A stretch of 64,000 nucleotides of DNA from Vitiosangium sp. GDMCC 1.1324 (lineage in GTDB: Bacteria > Myxococcota > Myxococcia > Myxococcales > Myxococcaceae). Positions 9,502 through 18,649 of this stretch are shown piece after piece (position 1 is the stretch's first letter; each line of letters opens with the position of its first letter). The notes under the pieces were generated by a model. That model had not been told where the DNA came from, made no database searches, and was given only the letters and a program-made list of their open reading frames with translations. Both the position numbers and the translations under genes were made by a program. The stretch is from the NCBI RefSeq assembly GCF_003044305.1, contig NZ_PZOX01000005.1, positions 451,493-515,492 of the forward strand, given 5' to 3'.

Positions 9502-11136
9502 ATGGCGAAGACTCGGGCGCGCGAGACGGTGGTCATCGGGATGCTGGGCTCCATCCTCGACACGGGGCGAGGGCCCAAGCGCTGGGAGAAGTGGCGCCCC
9601 ACGGTGTCCCTCTGTCAGCAGGAGGACCTGCTGGTGCACCGGCTGGAGTTGCTCCACCAGAGCGCCCATGCCGAAATGGCGCGGCATGTGGCGGAGGACA
9701 TCGCCCAGGTGTCACCCGAGACGCGCGTGCACCTGACGGCGATGGACATCCAGAACCCGTGGGACCTGGAGGAGACCTATACGGCGCTGCTCGACTACGC
9801 GAAGGCCTACCCCTTCCAGCCCGAGCAGGAGGACTACCTCGTCCACATCACCACCGGAACGCACATCGCGCAGATCACCATGTTTCTGCTGACCGAGAGC
9901 CGGCACCTCCCCGCGCGGCTCATCCAGACGTCCCCGCCCACGGGAGGCAAGGACTACGGCGGCCCGGGAGCGCACACCATCATCGACCTGGACTTGTCGA
10001 AGTACGACACGCTGGCGAGGCGCTTCCAACAGGAGCAGCGCGAGGGCCTGTCCTTCCTGAAGGCGGGCATCGACACGCGCAACGCGGCCTTCAACCGGCT
10101 CATCGAGCGGATTGAACAGGTGGCCACGAGCTCGCGAGCGCCGCTGCTGCTCATGGGGCCCACGGGGGCGGGCAAGTCGCAGCTCGTCAAACGCATCTAC
10201 CAGCTCAAGAAGACCCGGCGGCTCGTGAACGGCCCGTTCGTGGACATCAACTGCGCCACCCTGCGCGGAGACGGGGCCATGTCCGCGCTCTTCGGGCACG
10301 TGAAGGGCTCGTTCACCGGGGCGCTGGCGGACCGGCCGGGGCTGCTGCGCCAGGCGCACGGCGGCGTGCTGTTCCTGGATGAGATTGGCGAGCTGGGCGC
10401 GGACGAGCAGGCCATGCTGCTGCGGGCGCTCGAGGACAAGCGCTTCCTGCCGGTGGGCGCGGACAAGGAGGTGGAGAGTGATTTCCAACTCATCGCCGGC
10501 ACCAACCGGGACCTGCAGGCCGAGGTGGAGCGCGGACGCTTCCGGGAGGATCTGCTGGCGCGCATCAACCTGTGGACCTTCCGGCTGCCGCCCCTGCGCG
10601 AGCGGCCCGAGGACATCCCTCCCAACCTCCTCTACGAGCTGGACCAGGCCTCGCAAGCACTGGGGACGCGGGTGACGATGAACAAGGAGGCCCAGGAGCA
10701 CTTCCTGCGCTTCGCCACCTCACCCGAGGCACGCTGGAGCGGCAACTTCCGGGATCTCAACGCGGCGGTGCTGCGGATGGCGACGCTCGCGCCCGGTGGA
10801 CGCATCACCCGCGAGGGCGTGGACGAGGAGCTGGAGCGGCTGCGCACCGCGTGGGCCAGGAACGGGCCGAGGCAGCAAGAGCCAGCGGTGGACCTCGTGG
10901 TGGAGGTACTCGGGGAGGAGAAGGCCCAGGCGCTGGATCGGTTCGACCGCGCGCAGCTCGCCGAGGTGCTCACGGTGTGCCGGCAGGCGCACTCGCTGTC
11001 CGACGCGGGGCGGGCCCTCTTCGCCCAATCGCGAGCGCAGAAGAAGAGCGTCAACGACGCGGATCGGCTGCGCAAGTACCTTGCCCGCTTCGAGCTGAGC
11101 TGGGCCGACGTGGCAACCCTGTCACCCACGGTCTGA
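9502..11136 (+). CDS. rtcR: sigma-54-dependent transcriptional regulator RtcR (CARF domain + AAA+ activator + HTH)
   Basis: 544 aa. N-terminal CARF-like region. GPTGAGKSQ Walker A, GSFTGA (GAFTGA variant) and ...FLDEIGEL. Divergent from rtcBA. Confidence 0.85.
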   Translation: MAKTRARETVVIGMLGSILDTGRGPKRWEKWRPTVSLCQQEDLLVHRLELLHQSAHAEMARHVAEDIAQVSPETRVHLTAMDIQNPWDLEETYTALLDYAKAYPFQPEQEDYLVHITTGTHIAQITMFLLTESRHLPARLIQTSPPTGGKDYGGPGAHTIIDLDLSKYDTLARRFQQEQREGLSFLKAGIDTRNAAFNRLIERIEQVATSSRAPLLLMGPTGAGKSQLVKRIYQLKKTRRLVNGPFVDINCATLRGDGAMSALFGHVKGSFTGALADRPGLLRQAHGGVLFLDEIGELGADEQAMLLRALEDKRFLPVGADKEVESDFQLIAGTNRDLQAEVERGRFREDLLARINLWTFRLPPLRERPEDIPPNLLYELDQASQALGTRVTMNKEAQEHFLRFATSPEARWSGNFRDLNAAVLRMATLAPGGRITREGVDEELERLRTAWARNGPRQQEPAVDLVVEVLGEEKAQALDRFDRAQLAEVLTVCRQAHSLSDAGRALFAQSRAQKKSVNDADRLRKYLARFELSWADVATLSPTV

Positions 11137-11219
11137 ATCCAGACGCAGTCCATGCGGCCGAACAACTTATAACATCCGCGCGCCGTCACCGGATTCCTCC
11201 TCCCCACAATGCACTCACA

Positions 11220-11241
11220 CCTCGACTTGCAAGAGTCGAGC
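11220..11241. other. perfect 7-bp inverted repeat with 6-nt spacer (ctcgact tgcaag agtcgag)
   Basis: Seen in the rtcR/T6SS intergenic region; possible operator or stem-loop. Function unknown. Confidence 0.3.
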
Positions 11242-11539
11242 ATGACCGGGGCTCGCTTCCTCGACGCTTGACACATCCGATTCCGCGACAGGTCCCTCCA
11301 CGTCTCGGAATACGGTGTTGCAACGGCTGAAGATCGGGCTCGCGCGCGATCAGGCAACGCGTATTCCGTCTCAGCCGAGGCACTCCCCCTTGCCGGGTGC
11401 GCTGCCGGGGAGTCCGGCTCGCGACCCGCCCGCGTTCGTCACAGACCTCACCCACCGTCTCCGCCTTGGAGCAGCAAGGGCAACTCTACGGAGCCCTCGC
11501 GGGGCCGCGTCCATCCACCGGCCCGAGGACACGACATCC

Positions 11540-11909
11540 ATGACTCGTGCATACGATCTTCCCGGTGCCGTGCAGTGGCATGAAGGAATGCTGCTCGCAC
11601 CCCAGCACTTCCAACAGCAGGACCGCCGATACGAGGCGCTGCTGCACTTCCATCTCGGCCTGGACATACCCTTCCACTGGGGCGTGAGCCAGCTCCAGTA
11701 TGACTGGGTCTTCCAGTCCTCCACCTTCACGCAGCCCTCGCTGCTGCGCGGCCTCTACTTCTGCGGTGCCCTCCCACCTGCTGGAGCGCAAGGCCTTCCC
11801 CGAGAGCGGACTGGCCAGCCCGAATGTCGAGGCCGCGCGCATCAACCGGCGGGGCGCCTCACCCTTCGATGACGCCCCCCCGCCCCCACCCTCCTCCCCG
11901 AGCCCCCAG
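11540..11909 (+). pseudogene. remnant in-frame fusion of tssK N-terminus (~50 codons) to an internal segment of the tssM-like gene, with a frameshift
   Basis: MTRAYDLPGAVQWHEGMLLAPQHFQQQDRRYEALLHFHLGLDIPFHWGVSQLQYD is ~80% identical to the N-terminus of TssK at 27028. It continues as VFQSSTFTQPSLLRGLYFCG (vs LFESSPYTEPALLRGIYFCG in the 23211-24827 protein). In another frame it reads HLLERKAFPESGLASPNVEAARINRR (vs QLLERKAFPESGLASPEAEALRKNRR). Confidence 0.6.
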
Positions 11910-11911
11910 CC

Positions 11912-13006
11912 ATGGACGACATGAACCCCGCCTCTCCACTGGACCTCGAGCCGATCCTGCGGCCGATCTCCCCCGACGCGCCCTCGGGACGCAGCCTGCG
12001 CTACGAGCCCCTCTACGATCAGATCCGCGAGGCGCGCCGCGAGGATGACCCCTCGCTGCCCCAGGGCGTCTGGCAGACCTCCCTCAAGCGCGCCAACTGG
12101 GCCCAAGTGACCGAGCTCTGCCAGCAGGCCCTGGCGCACGAATCCAAGGACCTGCAGCTGGCCACCTGGCTCACCGAGGCCTGGGGAATCCAGCAGGGCT
12201 TCCCGGGCGTGGCGCAGGGACTGAGCCTGACCACCGCGCTGGTGGATCGCTTCTGGGATTCCCTGTGGCCGGCCCTCGAGGACGAGGATGCGGAGGCCCG
12301 GCTCGCCCCCCTGGCATGGCTCGACGACAAGCTTCCCCTCGTCCTGGGCAAGGTGCCCCTCGTCAAGGCGCAGACTCCCGGCGGCGTGAGCATTGACTTC
12401 GCGGCCTGGCAGCGGATCCTCCACCGGGAGAAGCACCAGGGAGCTGGCCAGGACGAATCGAGCCCAGAGAAAGCCGGGGCCTCGAGTGGCCCTCTGAACC
12501 GGGAGACCTTCCTGGCCAGCGCCGCGCTGATGCCAGCCCCCGCCCTCGACATGCTCGCGCGAGGGGTGGACGCCGCACTGGCGGCCAGCTCCGCACTGGA
12601 GCAGGCCCTCGACTCGCGGCTGGGACGAACCAGCGCGGCACTGCGCCGCACCCGCTCCACCCTCGGCGACCTCCAGACGCTGGTCTCCACGCTGCGCGCC
12701 AACACCCCTCGGGAGGAACCCGGAGCGGGAGTCGAAGCCCCGCTGGACACGGCGGTCGCGGACATGCCCTCGGTACCGGGGCGGCGTTCGGGCGCCATCC
12801 GTAGCCGGGAGGAGGCCTACCAGATGCTGGCCCTCGCCTCCGACTACCTGCGGCGTACCGAGCCCCACAGCCCCGTCGCCTACCTGGTCAAGCGCGCCGT
12901 GAGTTGGGGACAGATGCCGCTCGCCCAGCTCCTCTCGGAGCTCGTCCCCGATTCCTCCAACCTGGAAGCCATCCAATCTCTGCTCGGCATGAAGAAAGCG
13001 GAGTGA
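11912..13006 (+). CDS. tssA: type VI secretion protein TssA (ImpA N-terminal domain)
   Basis: PISPDAPSGRSLRYEPLYDQIREARREDDPSLPQGVWQ is the ImpA_N signature. 364 aa. Confidence 0.8.
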   Translation: MDDMNPASPLDLEPILRPISPDAPSGRSLRYEPLYDQIREARREDDPSLPQGVWQTSLKRANWAQVTELCQQALAHESKDLQLATWLTEAWGIQQGFPGVAQGLSLTTALVDRFWDSLWPALEDEDAEARLAPLAWLDDKLPLVLGKVPLVKAQTPGGVSIDFAAWQRILHREKHQGAGQDESSPEKAGASSGPLNRETFLASAALMPAPALDMLARGVDAALAASSALEQALDSRLGRTSAALRRTRSTLGDLQTLVSTLRANTPREEPGAGVEAPLDTAVADMPSVPGRRSGAIRSREEAYQMLALASDYLRRTEPHSPVAYLVKRAVSWGQMPLAQLLSELVPDSSNLEAIQSLLGMKKAE

Positions 13007-13026
13007 GCCCCTCGTGAGGCCAGACC

Positions 13027-13494
13027 ATGACACAGAGCAAGCAGCTCCGCGGATTCCCGGCCCCGCTGTTCGACAGGCTGATGGACCTGGAGACCGTCCC
13101 CGCCGTGCTGGATGAGCAGGAATTGCGCGCCTCGGTGAGGCGCGAGGTGGCCCATGCGCTGAGCACCCGCTGCATGCTCTCCCTGGAGCAGGCGGATGCG
13201 CTCGAGCCACACGAGCGCTCGGTCCTGGACTATGGGCTGCCCGACCTGCGGACACTCGGCTCCACCGCCGACGCCGCCCGGCAACTGGAGCGGATCATCT
13301 CCCGCGCGGTGGAGGCCTACGAGCCACGCCTGCGGCAACTCCGGGTCTCCGTGCGGCTTCCTCCCGAGGAGGAAGGCCTCCCCGTCGCGGTGATCACCGC
13401 CCGGCTGGTGCACGAGCCCATGACGGAGCCCATCACCTTTCCGCTGCAGCTGGACCGGAGCGGGAGGCTGTTGGAGGTGGGCGAGGAGCGCTGA
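13027..13494 (+). CDS. tssE: T6SS baseplate protein TssE (gp25-like)
   Basis: PLFDRLMDL...ASVRREVAHALSTRCMLSLEQ...VLDYGLPDL...RAVEAYEPRL is the GPW/gp25 family pattern. 155 aa. Confidence 0.75.
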   Translation: MTQSKQLRGFPAPLFDRLMDLETVPAVLDEQELRASVRREVAHALSTRCMLSLEQADALEPHERSVLDYGLPDLRTLGSTADAARQLERIISRAVEAYEPRLRQLRVSVRLPPEEEGLPVAVITARLVHEPMTEPITFPLQLDRSGRLLEVGEER

Positions 13495-13553
13495 AGCCTC
13501 ACAAAGGATGCCGGCGGTTTCTCCCTTACATGTCTCACGGAAAGGAGCGGTAG

Positions 13554-14129
13554 ATGACATACATCAACATGACGACGGGACTGCTGAATGCGACGTACAG
13601 ATTGCTCGCCGAGTCGGCGAAGAATCCCGTCGAGGTCGGACTGCTGATGCGTTGGAACGAGGACGACCGTTACCTCTGGACGATCTGGTCCGAGGCATAC
13701 CATCCGGGCATCGTCACCAGCTATTCCTCGGCTGGGATGAGACGCGATGTCGGTGGGCATGCCGAGGAGATATTGATCAAGAATTGGAGGGGATACGAGC
13801 AAGAGGCGGGTTTCCGCCCCCGGATCGTCGATCTGATCCTCACCAAGCTTCCCTGCTTCATGACTTCGAATGCCGTGACGCTGGGCACGCGTCAACTGCC
13901 CGTGGGTTGTGCCGGCAAGCTCAAGGTGCTCATCGAGGAGATACAGCCCGGCGTGCTCGATTGGCGGCTCGCCTATTTCAGGGAGCTGAACCCCGGCCCC
14001 AACTCGGATATCGAGAACGGTGGATCCCTGTCGCTCCTGAGCACAATCCAAAAGCTGTCGGTCTACTCATTCTTGGATCACCATTCCTTCGTGGCGCAGG
14101 GCTTCGGGGATGGGCTGACGATTGCCTGA
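13554..14129 (+). CDS. hypothetical protein, lower GC than neighbours; candidate deaminase-like fold (HAE ... PC motif spacing)
   Basis: 191 aa. Contains GGHAEEILIKNW followed ~29 aa later by LTKLPCFMTSNAV. RBS ggaaaggag upstream. GC visibly lower than flanking T6SS genes. Confidence 0.55.
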   Translation: MTYINMTTGLLNATYRLLAESAKNPVEVGLLMRWNEDDRYLWTIWSEAYHPGIVTSYSSAGMRRDVGGHAEEILIKNWRGYEQEAGFRPRIVDLILTKLPCFMTSNAVTLGTRQLPVGCAGKLKVLIEEIQPGVLDWRLAYFRELNPGPNSDIENGGSLSLLSTIQKLSVYSFLDHHSFVAQGFGDGLTIA

Positions 14130-14213
14130 ATTGGCGCCCGTCACATCTCCCCGCGCCACGCTCTACCCTGGAGTGCGCAGTGAAAGCCAGACACACTGAA
14201 AAGGAAGAATGAC

Positions 14214-14723
14214 ATGCCCACAAAGGAAAGCATCCAACACGTTCTGGATCGGGTCCGCCCTCCGCGGGTGCAGATCACCTACGACGTGGAGATTGGTGAC
14301 GCGGTGGAACAGAAGGAGCTGCCGCTGGTGGTCGGCGTCCTGGCGGACCTGGCCGGCCAGCAGAAGGAGCTGCCTCGGTTGAAGGAGCGCAAGTTCGTGG
14401 AGATCGACCGCGACAACTTCAACAAGGTGATGGCGGCCATCGGGCCCCAGCTGCGGATGTCCGTGCCGGACAAGCTGCGCGACGATGGCGGCAGCATGGC
14501 CGTGGAGCTGCGCTTCAAGAGCATCGACTCCTTCCACCCGCGCCAGCTCGTCGAGCAGATAGAGCCCCTGCGGAAGCTGCTGGAGGCGCGCCAGCGGCTG
14601 GTGGACCTGCTCGCGAAGCTGGACGGCAATGACGCGCTGGCGGAGCTGCTGCGGTCCGCGCTGGAGGACAGGGCTCGCCTCCAGGCGCTCGAGTCCGAGC
14701 TGGCGGCGAAGCGCGAGCAGTGA
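14214..14723 (+). CDS. tssB: T6SS contractile sheath small subunit TssB (VipA)
   Basis: MPTKESIQHVLDRVRPPRVQITYDVEIGDAVEQKELPLVVGVLADLAGQ; 169 aa. Confidence 0.9.
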   Translation: MPTKESIQHVLDRVRPPRVQITYDVEIGDAVEQKELPLVVGVLADLAGQQKELPRLKERKFVEIDRDNFNKVMAAIGPQLRMSVPDKLRDDGGSMAVELRFKSIDSFHPRQLVEQIEPLRKLLEARQRLVDLLAKLDGNDALAELLRSALEDRARLQALESELAAKREQ

Positions 14724-14764
14724 GCACCCGTACCCATCCACACACACGACACGGAGAGAGAGAG

Positions 14765-16261
14765 ATGTTCCAGGAAGAAATGAAGGAAGAGGCACGGGGT
14801 ACCCAGACGGCGGTGACGGAGCCGGAGCGGGGACTGCTGGCGCGCATCATCGAAGAGGGCAGGCTGGCGCGCGACGACAGCCAGCAGCCCCGCGCCCGCG
14901 AGCTGGTGGGCGAGCTGGTGAGCCAGGCGCTCTCCACGGAGTCCATTCCCAGCGGCATGGACGTGGTGTCGCTCATCAACCAGCGCATCGCCCGCATCGA
15001 CGAGCTGCTGGGCACTCAGCTCGACGAGGTGCTCCACGCCGAGCCCTTCCAGCGGTTGGAGGCCTCCTGGCGGGGGTTGCACATGCTGGTCCATGGCACC
15101 GAGACGGGGACGAACCTGAAGCTGCGCGTGCTGCACGCCACCAAGAAGGAACTGCTGGATGACCTGGAGCGGGCGCCCGAGTTCGACCAGAGCGCCCTCT
15201 TCAAGAAGGTCTACGAGGAGGAGTACGGCACCTTCGGCGGTCAGCCGTACGGGGTGCTCATCGGCGACTACGAGTTCGGCCGGGTGCCCCGGGACGTGGC
15301 GCTGCTGGAGTCCATCTCCCACGTGGCCGCCGCCGCCCACGCCCCTTTCATCACCGCGGCCAGTCCCTCGCTGTTCGACCTGGACAGCTTCACGGACATT
15401 GGCGCCCCGAGGGACCTGGCGCGCATCTTCGAGAGCACCGAGCTCATCCGCTGGCGGAGCTTCCGGGATTCGGAGGACGCCCGCTACGTGTCGCTGGTGT
15501 TGCCCCATGTGCTGGGAAGGCTGCCCTATGGCGAGGACACCCAGCCGGTGGAGGGCTTCGGCTACCAGGAGGACGTGGACGGCAGGGATCACCGCAAGTA
15601 CCTGTGGGGCAACGCGGCGTACGCCCTGGGCCTGCGTATCACCGCCGCCTTCGCGCTCTACCAGTGGTGCGCCAACATCCGCGGGGTGGAAGGGGGCGGC
15701 ATCGTCCAGGGGCTGCCCACGCATACCTTCCGCACCGACGAGGGGGACATCGCCCAGAAGTGCCCCACCGAGGTGGCCATCACCGACCGGCGTGAGAAGG
15801 AGTTGAGCGACCTGGGCTTCATCGCCCTGTGCCACTGCAAGGGAACCGACTACGCGGCCTTCTTCGGCTCGCAGACGGCCAACAAGCCCCGCCGCTACGA
15901 CACGCCCCAGGCCAATGCCAACGCGGAGCTGTCCTCCCAGCTGCCCTACATCCTGTCCTCCTCGCGCTTCGCCCACTACCTCAAGGTCATCATGCGCGAC
16001 AAGATTGGCGGCTTCGCCTCGCGCGAGGAGATCTCCGACTACCTCAACCGGTGGATCAGCCAGTACGTGCAGACGAACGAGAACGCATCCTTCTCCATCA
16101 AGGCCCGCCAGCCGCTGCGCGAGGCGCAAGTGGACGTCACCGAGGTGCCGGGCCACCCTGGCAGCTACCGGGCGGTGGTGTTCCTCCGCCCCCACTTCCA
16201 GCTCAACGAGCTGACCGCCTCCATCCGCCTGGTGGCCGAGCTGCCCAAGTCGGCCGCGTGA
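14765..16261 (+). CDS. tssC: T6SS contractile sheath large subunit TssC (VipB)
   Basis: ~498 aa with conserved TssC core (..YGVLIGDYEFG.., ..LPHVLGRLPYGE.., ..GLPTHTF..). ATG 14765 preferred over GTG 14720 (RBS ggagagag). Confidence 0.9.
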   Translation: MFQEEMKEEARGTQTAVTEPERGLLARIIEEGRLARDDSQQPRARELVGELVSQALSTESIPSGMDVVSLINQRIARIDELLGTQLDEVLHAEPFQRLEASWRGLHMLVHGTETGTNLKLRVLHATKKELLDDLERAPEFDQSALFKKVYEEEYGTFGGQPYGVLIGDYEFGRVPRDVALLESISHVAAAAHAPFITAASPSLFDLDSFTDIGAPRDLARIFESTELIRWRSFRDSEDARYVSLVLPHVLGRLPYGEDTQPVEGFGYQEDVDGRDHRKYLWGNAAYALGLRITAAFALYQWCANIRGVEGGGIVQGLPTHTFRTDEGDIAQKCPTEVAITDRREKELSDLGFIALCHCKGTDYAAFFGSQTANKPRRYDTPQANANAELSSQLPYILSSSRFAHYLKVIMRDKIGGFASREEISDYLNRWISQYVQTNENASFSIKARQPLREAQVDVTEVPGHPGSYRAVVFLRPHFQLNELTASIRLVAELPKSAA

Positions 16262-16319
16262 GCCCCGGCCTCCACCGTCGTCATCTCCCAGACTCATTTC
16301 CATGAGGCGTTAGAAAGAC

Positions 16320-16781
16320 ATGGCTTCAAGCATTTATCTCAAGATCGCCAAGGCAGAGGGCAGCTCGCAGACCGATAAATTCAAGGACCAGATCGAGGTC
16401 CTCTCCTACCGTTATGAAATCGCCTTCCCCATGACGCTCAACGAGCGGTCCAACAAGGACGGGGGGATCGTCCGGCAGGGCCGCTCCGATCACGGACAGG
16501 TCGTCATCACCAAACACGTGGACAAGGCCTCGCCCAATCTCTTTCTGTCCTGTTGCGTAGGGGATAGCGTCGGCAACGCCACCCTCACCGTGAGTGGAAG
16601 CAAGGACAAAAAGATTTTCACCTACGAAATGACAGACGTCATCATCACCTCGGTCGCCGTCGGGGGCGGGGGCTCGGACGACCCGGTGGAGACGGTGAAG
16701 CTCGACTACGGCACCATCAAATGGGCGCAGGGCGAGAGCAACTCGACGAAGTGGGATCGCAAGAAGAACGAGTCGACCTGA
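16320..16781 (+). CDS. hcp: Hcp (TssD) tube protein
   Basis: MASSIYLKIAKAEGSSQTDKFKDQIEVLSYRYEIAFPM...; 153 aa, Hcp1 family. Confidence 0.85.
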   Translation: MASSIYLKIAKAEGSSQTDKFKDQIEVLSYRYEIAFPMTLNERSNKDGGIVRQGRSDHGQVVITKHVDKASPNLFLSCCVGDSVGNATLTVSGSKDKKIFTYEMTDVIITSVAVGGGGSDDPVETVKLDYGTIKWAQGESNSTKWDRKKNEST

Positions 16782-16831
16782 GCCAGAAGACAGACACGCA
16801 CACGACAGCGGCGGACGAGTGGAGGAGAGCA

Positions 16832-18649
16832 ATGGGCAGCAGTCAAGAAGAGTTGCTCCAGGCCTACCAGCGGGAGCTGGCATGGCTGCGCGGGGCGGGA
16901 GCGGAGTTCGCGGCCAGCTACCCCAAGCTGGCAGCGAGGCTGCGGCTGGGGGCCAGCGAGGTGGGCGATCCCCACGTGGAGCGCCTCATCGAGTCGTTCG
17001 CCTTCCTCACCGCGCGCGTCCAGCACGCCTTCGACAGCGACCTGCCGGAGCTCTCCACCGCCCTGCTGGGCCTGCTGGCTCCCCACCTGGTGGAGCCACT
17101 GCCCTCGCTGTCCATCGCCTGCTTCGAGGTGGATACGGCTGCCGGCCTGCCCCTGGCCGGCAGCCGTATCGAGCGCGGCACGCTTCTGCTGGCCGAGCCG
17201 CGCCCGGGGCAGACGTGCCGCTTCCACACCTGCTCCCCGGTGACGCTCTGGCCGCTGCGGGTGGCGGAGGCGAGCCTGGAGTCCCCGCTCTCCTTCGGCT
17301 GGCTGCGCGGGCGGCGGGACGTGTCGGCGGTGCTCCGGCTGCGGTTGGAGGCCAGCGAGGCCCGGCTGGCGGACCTGCAGTTGGATCGGCTCCAGTTCTT
17401 CCTCGACGGGCCCCCCGAGGTGACCTTCCGCCTCTTCGAGCTGTTCACCTGCCATGCCCGGGACGTGGCGCTCGTGCCGGACGGCTCGCCCGGCGAGCCC
17501 CGCTTCCAGCCCGCGGACAGCCTGCGGCAGCTCGGCTTCGGCCCCGAGGAGGCGGTGCTGCCTTCCCCGCCCCACCTCCACCGCGGCTACCGCCTCCTAC
17601 AGGAGTACTTCGCCTTCCCCGAGAAGTTCCTCTTCTTCGAGCTGGCGCTGGAGCGCGCGTGCGTCCAGGCCTCCCAGCAGGCGCTCGAGGTGCTCGTGCT
17701 GCTGGATGCCACGCCCGGCGAGGACCTCGCGCTCACGCCCGAGACGTTCCGGCTGGGCTGTACCCCCATCGTCAATCTCTTCCCCCAGCTGGCCGAGCCC
17801 ATCCGGTTGGACCAGCGCCGCACCGAATACCCGCTGGTGCCCGACTACCGCCGCCAGCAGGAGCTGGAGCTGCACTCCGTGCTCTCCGTCACCGCCGCCA
17901 CGGAAGGTGCCGGGCACCCGCAGGTGGTGGAGCCCTTCTTCTCCTGGCGCCACCGGGAGGACGAGCAGGAGCCGCGCGCCTTCTGGTACGCACGGCGCCG
18001 GCCCACGGGCCGCGCGCTGGGGCCCGGCTCCCAGGTGATGCTGTCCTTCGTGGACCTGGCGCTCGACCCCCACCTGCCGGCGGAGCAGACGCTGAACGTG
18101 CGCACGCTGTGCACCAACGGGGAGCTGCCCGTGCAGCTCGCGCCCGGCTCGGAGCTCCAGGTGGAGGAGCGCGTCCCCGTGGGCGCCATCCGCTGCCTGC
18201 GCCGTCCCACGCCGCCTCGCGCGCCCCCGGACCGGGGCCCCATGCTCTGGCAGCTCGTCTCGCTGCTGTCGCTCAACCACCTCTCGCTCGCCAACGGCCC
18301 CCAGGCGCTGGAGGCGCTCGAGGAGCTGCTGCGGCTGCATGACTTCTCCGGCGGCCAGGTGTGCGAGCACCAGCTCCAGGGCCTGACGGGAATGGAGAGC
18401 CGCCCGGTGGTGCGCCAGCGCGGCTGGGATGCCTGGCGGGGTTTCTGCCGGGGCCAGGAGATCACCCTCACCTTCGACGAGTCCCTCTACGTGGGCGGCA
18501 GTGCCCTGCTCCTCGCGGCGGTGCTCCATCACTTCTTCGGCCTGTACGCCCCGGTGGATTCCTTCACCCAGCTCGCCGCGAGGAGCGAGCAGCGAAAGGA
18601 CACATGGAAACGATGGCCCCCCATGGCCGGCGACGCGCCCCTGGTGTAG
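16832..18649 (+). CDS. tssF: T6SS baseplate protein TssF (ImpG/VasA)
   Basis: MGSSQEELLQAYQRELAWLRGAGAEFAASYPKLAARLRL...DPHVERLIESFAFLTARV is the TssF N-terminal signature. RBS ggaggagagc. Confidence 0.85.
   Translation: MGSSQEELLQAYQRELAWLRGAGAEFAASYPKLAARLRLGASEVGDPHVERLIESFAFLTARVQHAFDSDLPELSTALLGLLAPHLVEPLPSLSIACFEVDTAAGLPLAGSRIERGTLLLAEPRPGQTCRFHTCSPVTLWPLRVAEASLESPLSFGWLRGRRDVSAVLRLRLEASEARLADLQLDRLQFFLDGPPEVTFRLFELFTCHARDVALVPDGSPGEPRFQPADSLRQLGFGPEEAVLPSPPHLHRGYRLLQEYFAFPEKFLFFELALERACVQASQQALEVLVLLDATPGEDLALTPETFRLGCTPIVNLFPQLAEPIRLDQRRTEYPLVPDYRRQQELELHSVLSVTAATEGAGHPQVVEPFFSWRHREDEQEPRAFWYARRRPTGRALGPGSQVMLSFVDLALDPHLPAEQTLNVRTLCTNGELPVQLAPGSELQVEERVPVGAIRCLRRPTPPRAPPDRGPMLWQLVSLLSLNHLSLANGPQALEALEELLRLHDFSGGQVCEHQLQGLTGMESRPVVRQRGWDAWRGFCRGQEITLTFDESLYVGGSALLLAAVLHHFFGLYAPVDSFTQLAARSEQRKDTWKRWPPMAGDAPLV

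Noticed and set aside
11137-11540. Possible sigma-54 or sigma-70 promoter upstream of the T6SS + operon (TTGACA at 11269, GG..TTGCA near 11320)
   Set aside because: Spacing is off by one for sigma-54 and no acceptable -10 follows the TTGACA. Too weak to call without a PWM.
16320-16781. Lower GC of hcp as evidence of horizontal acquisition
   Set aside because: Hcp is typically very highly expressed and often has distinct codon usage. Homology and position in the operon argue it is native to the cluster.
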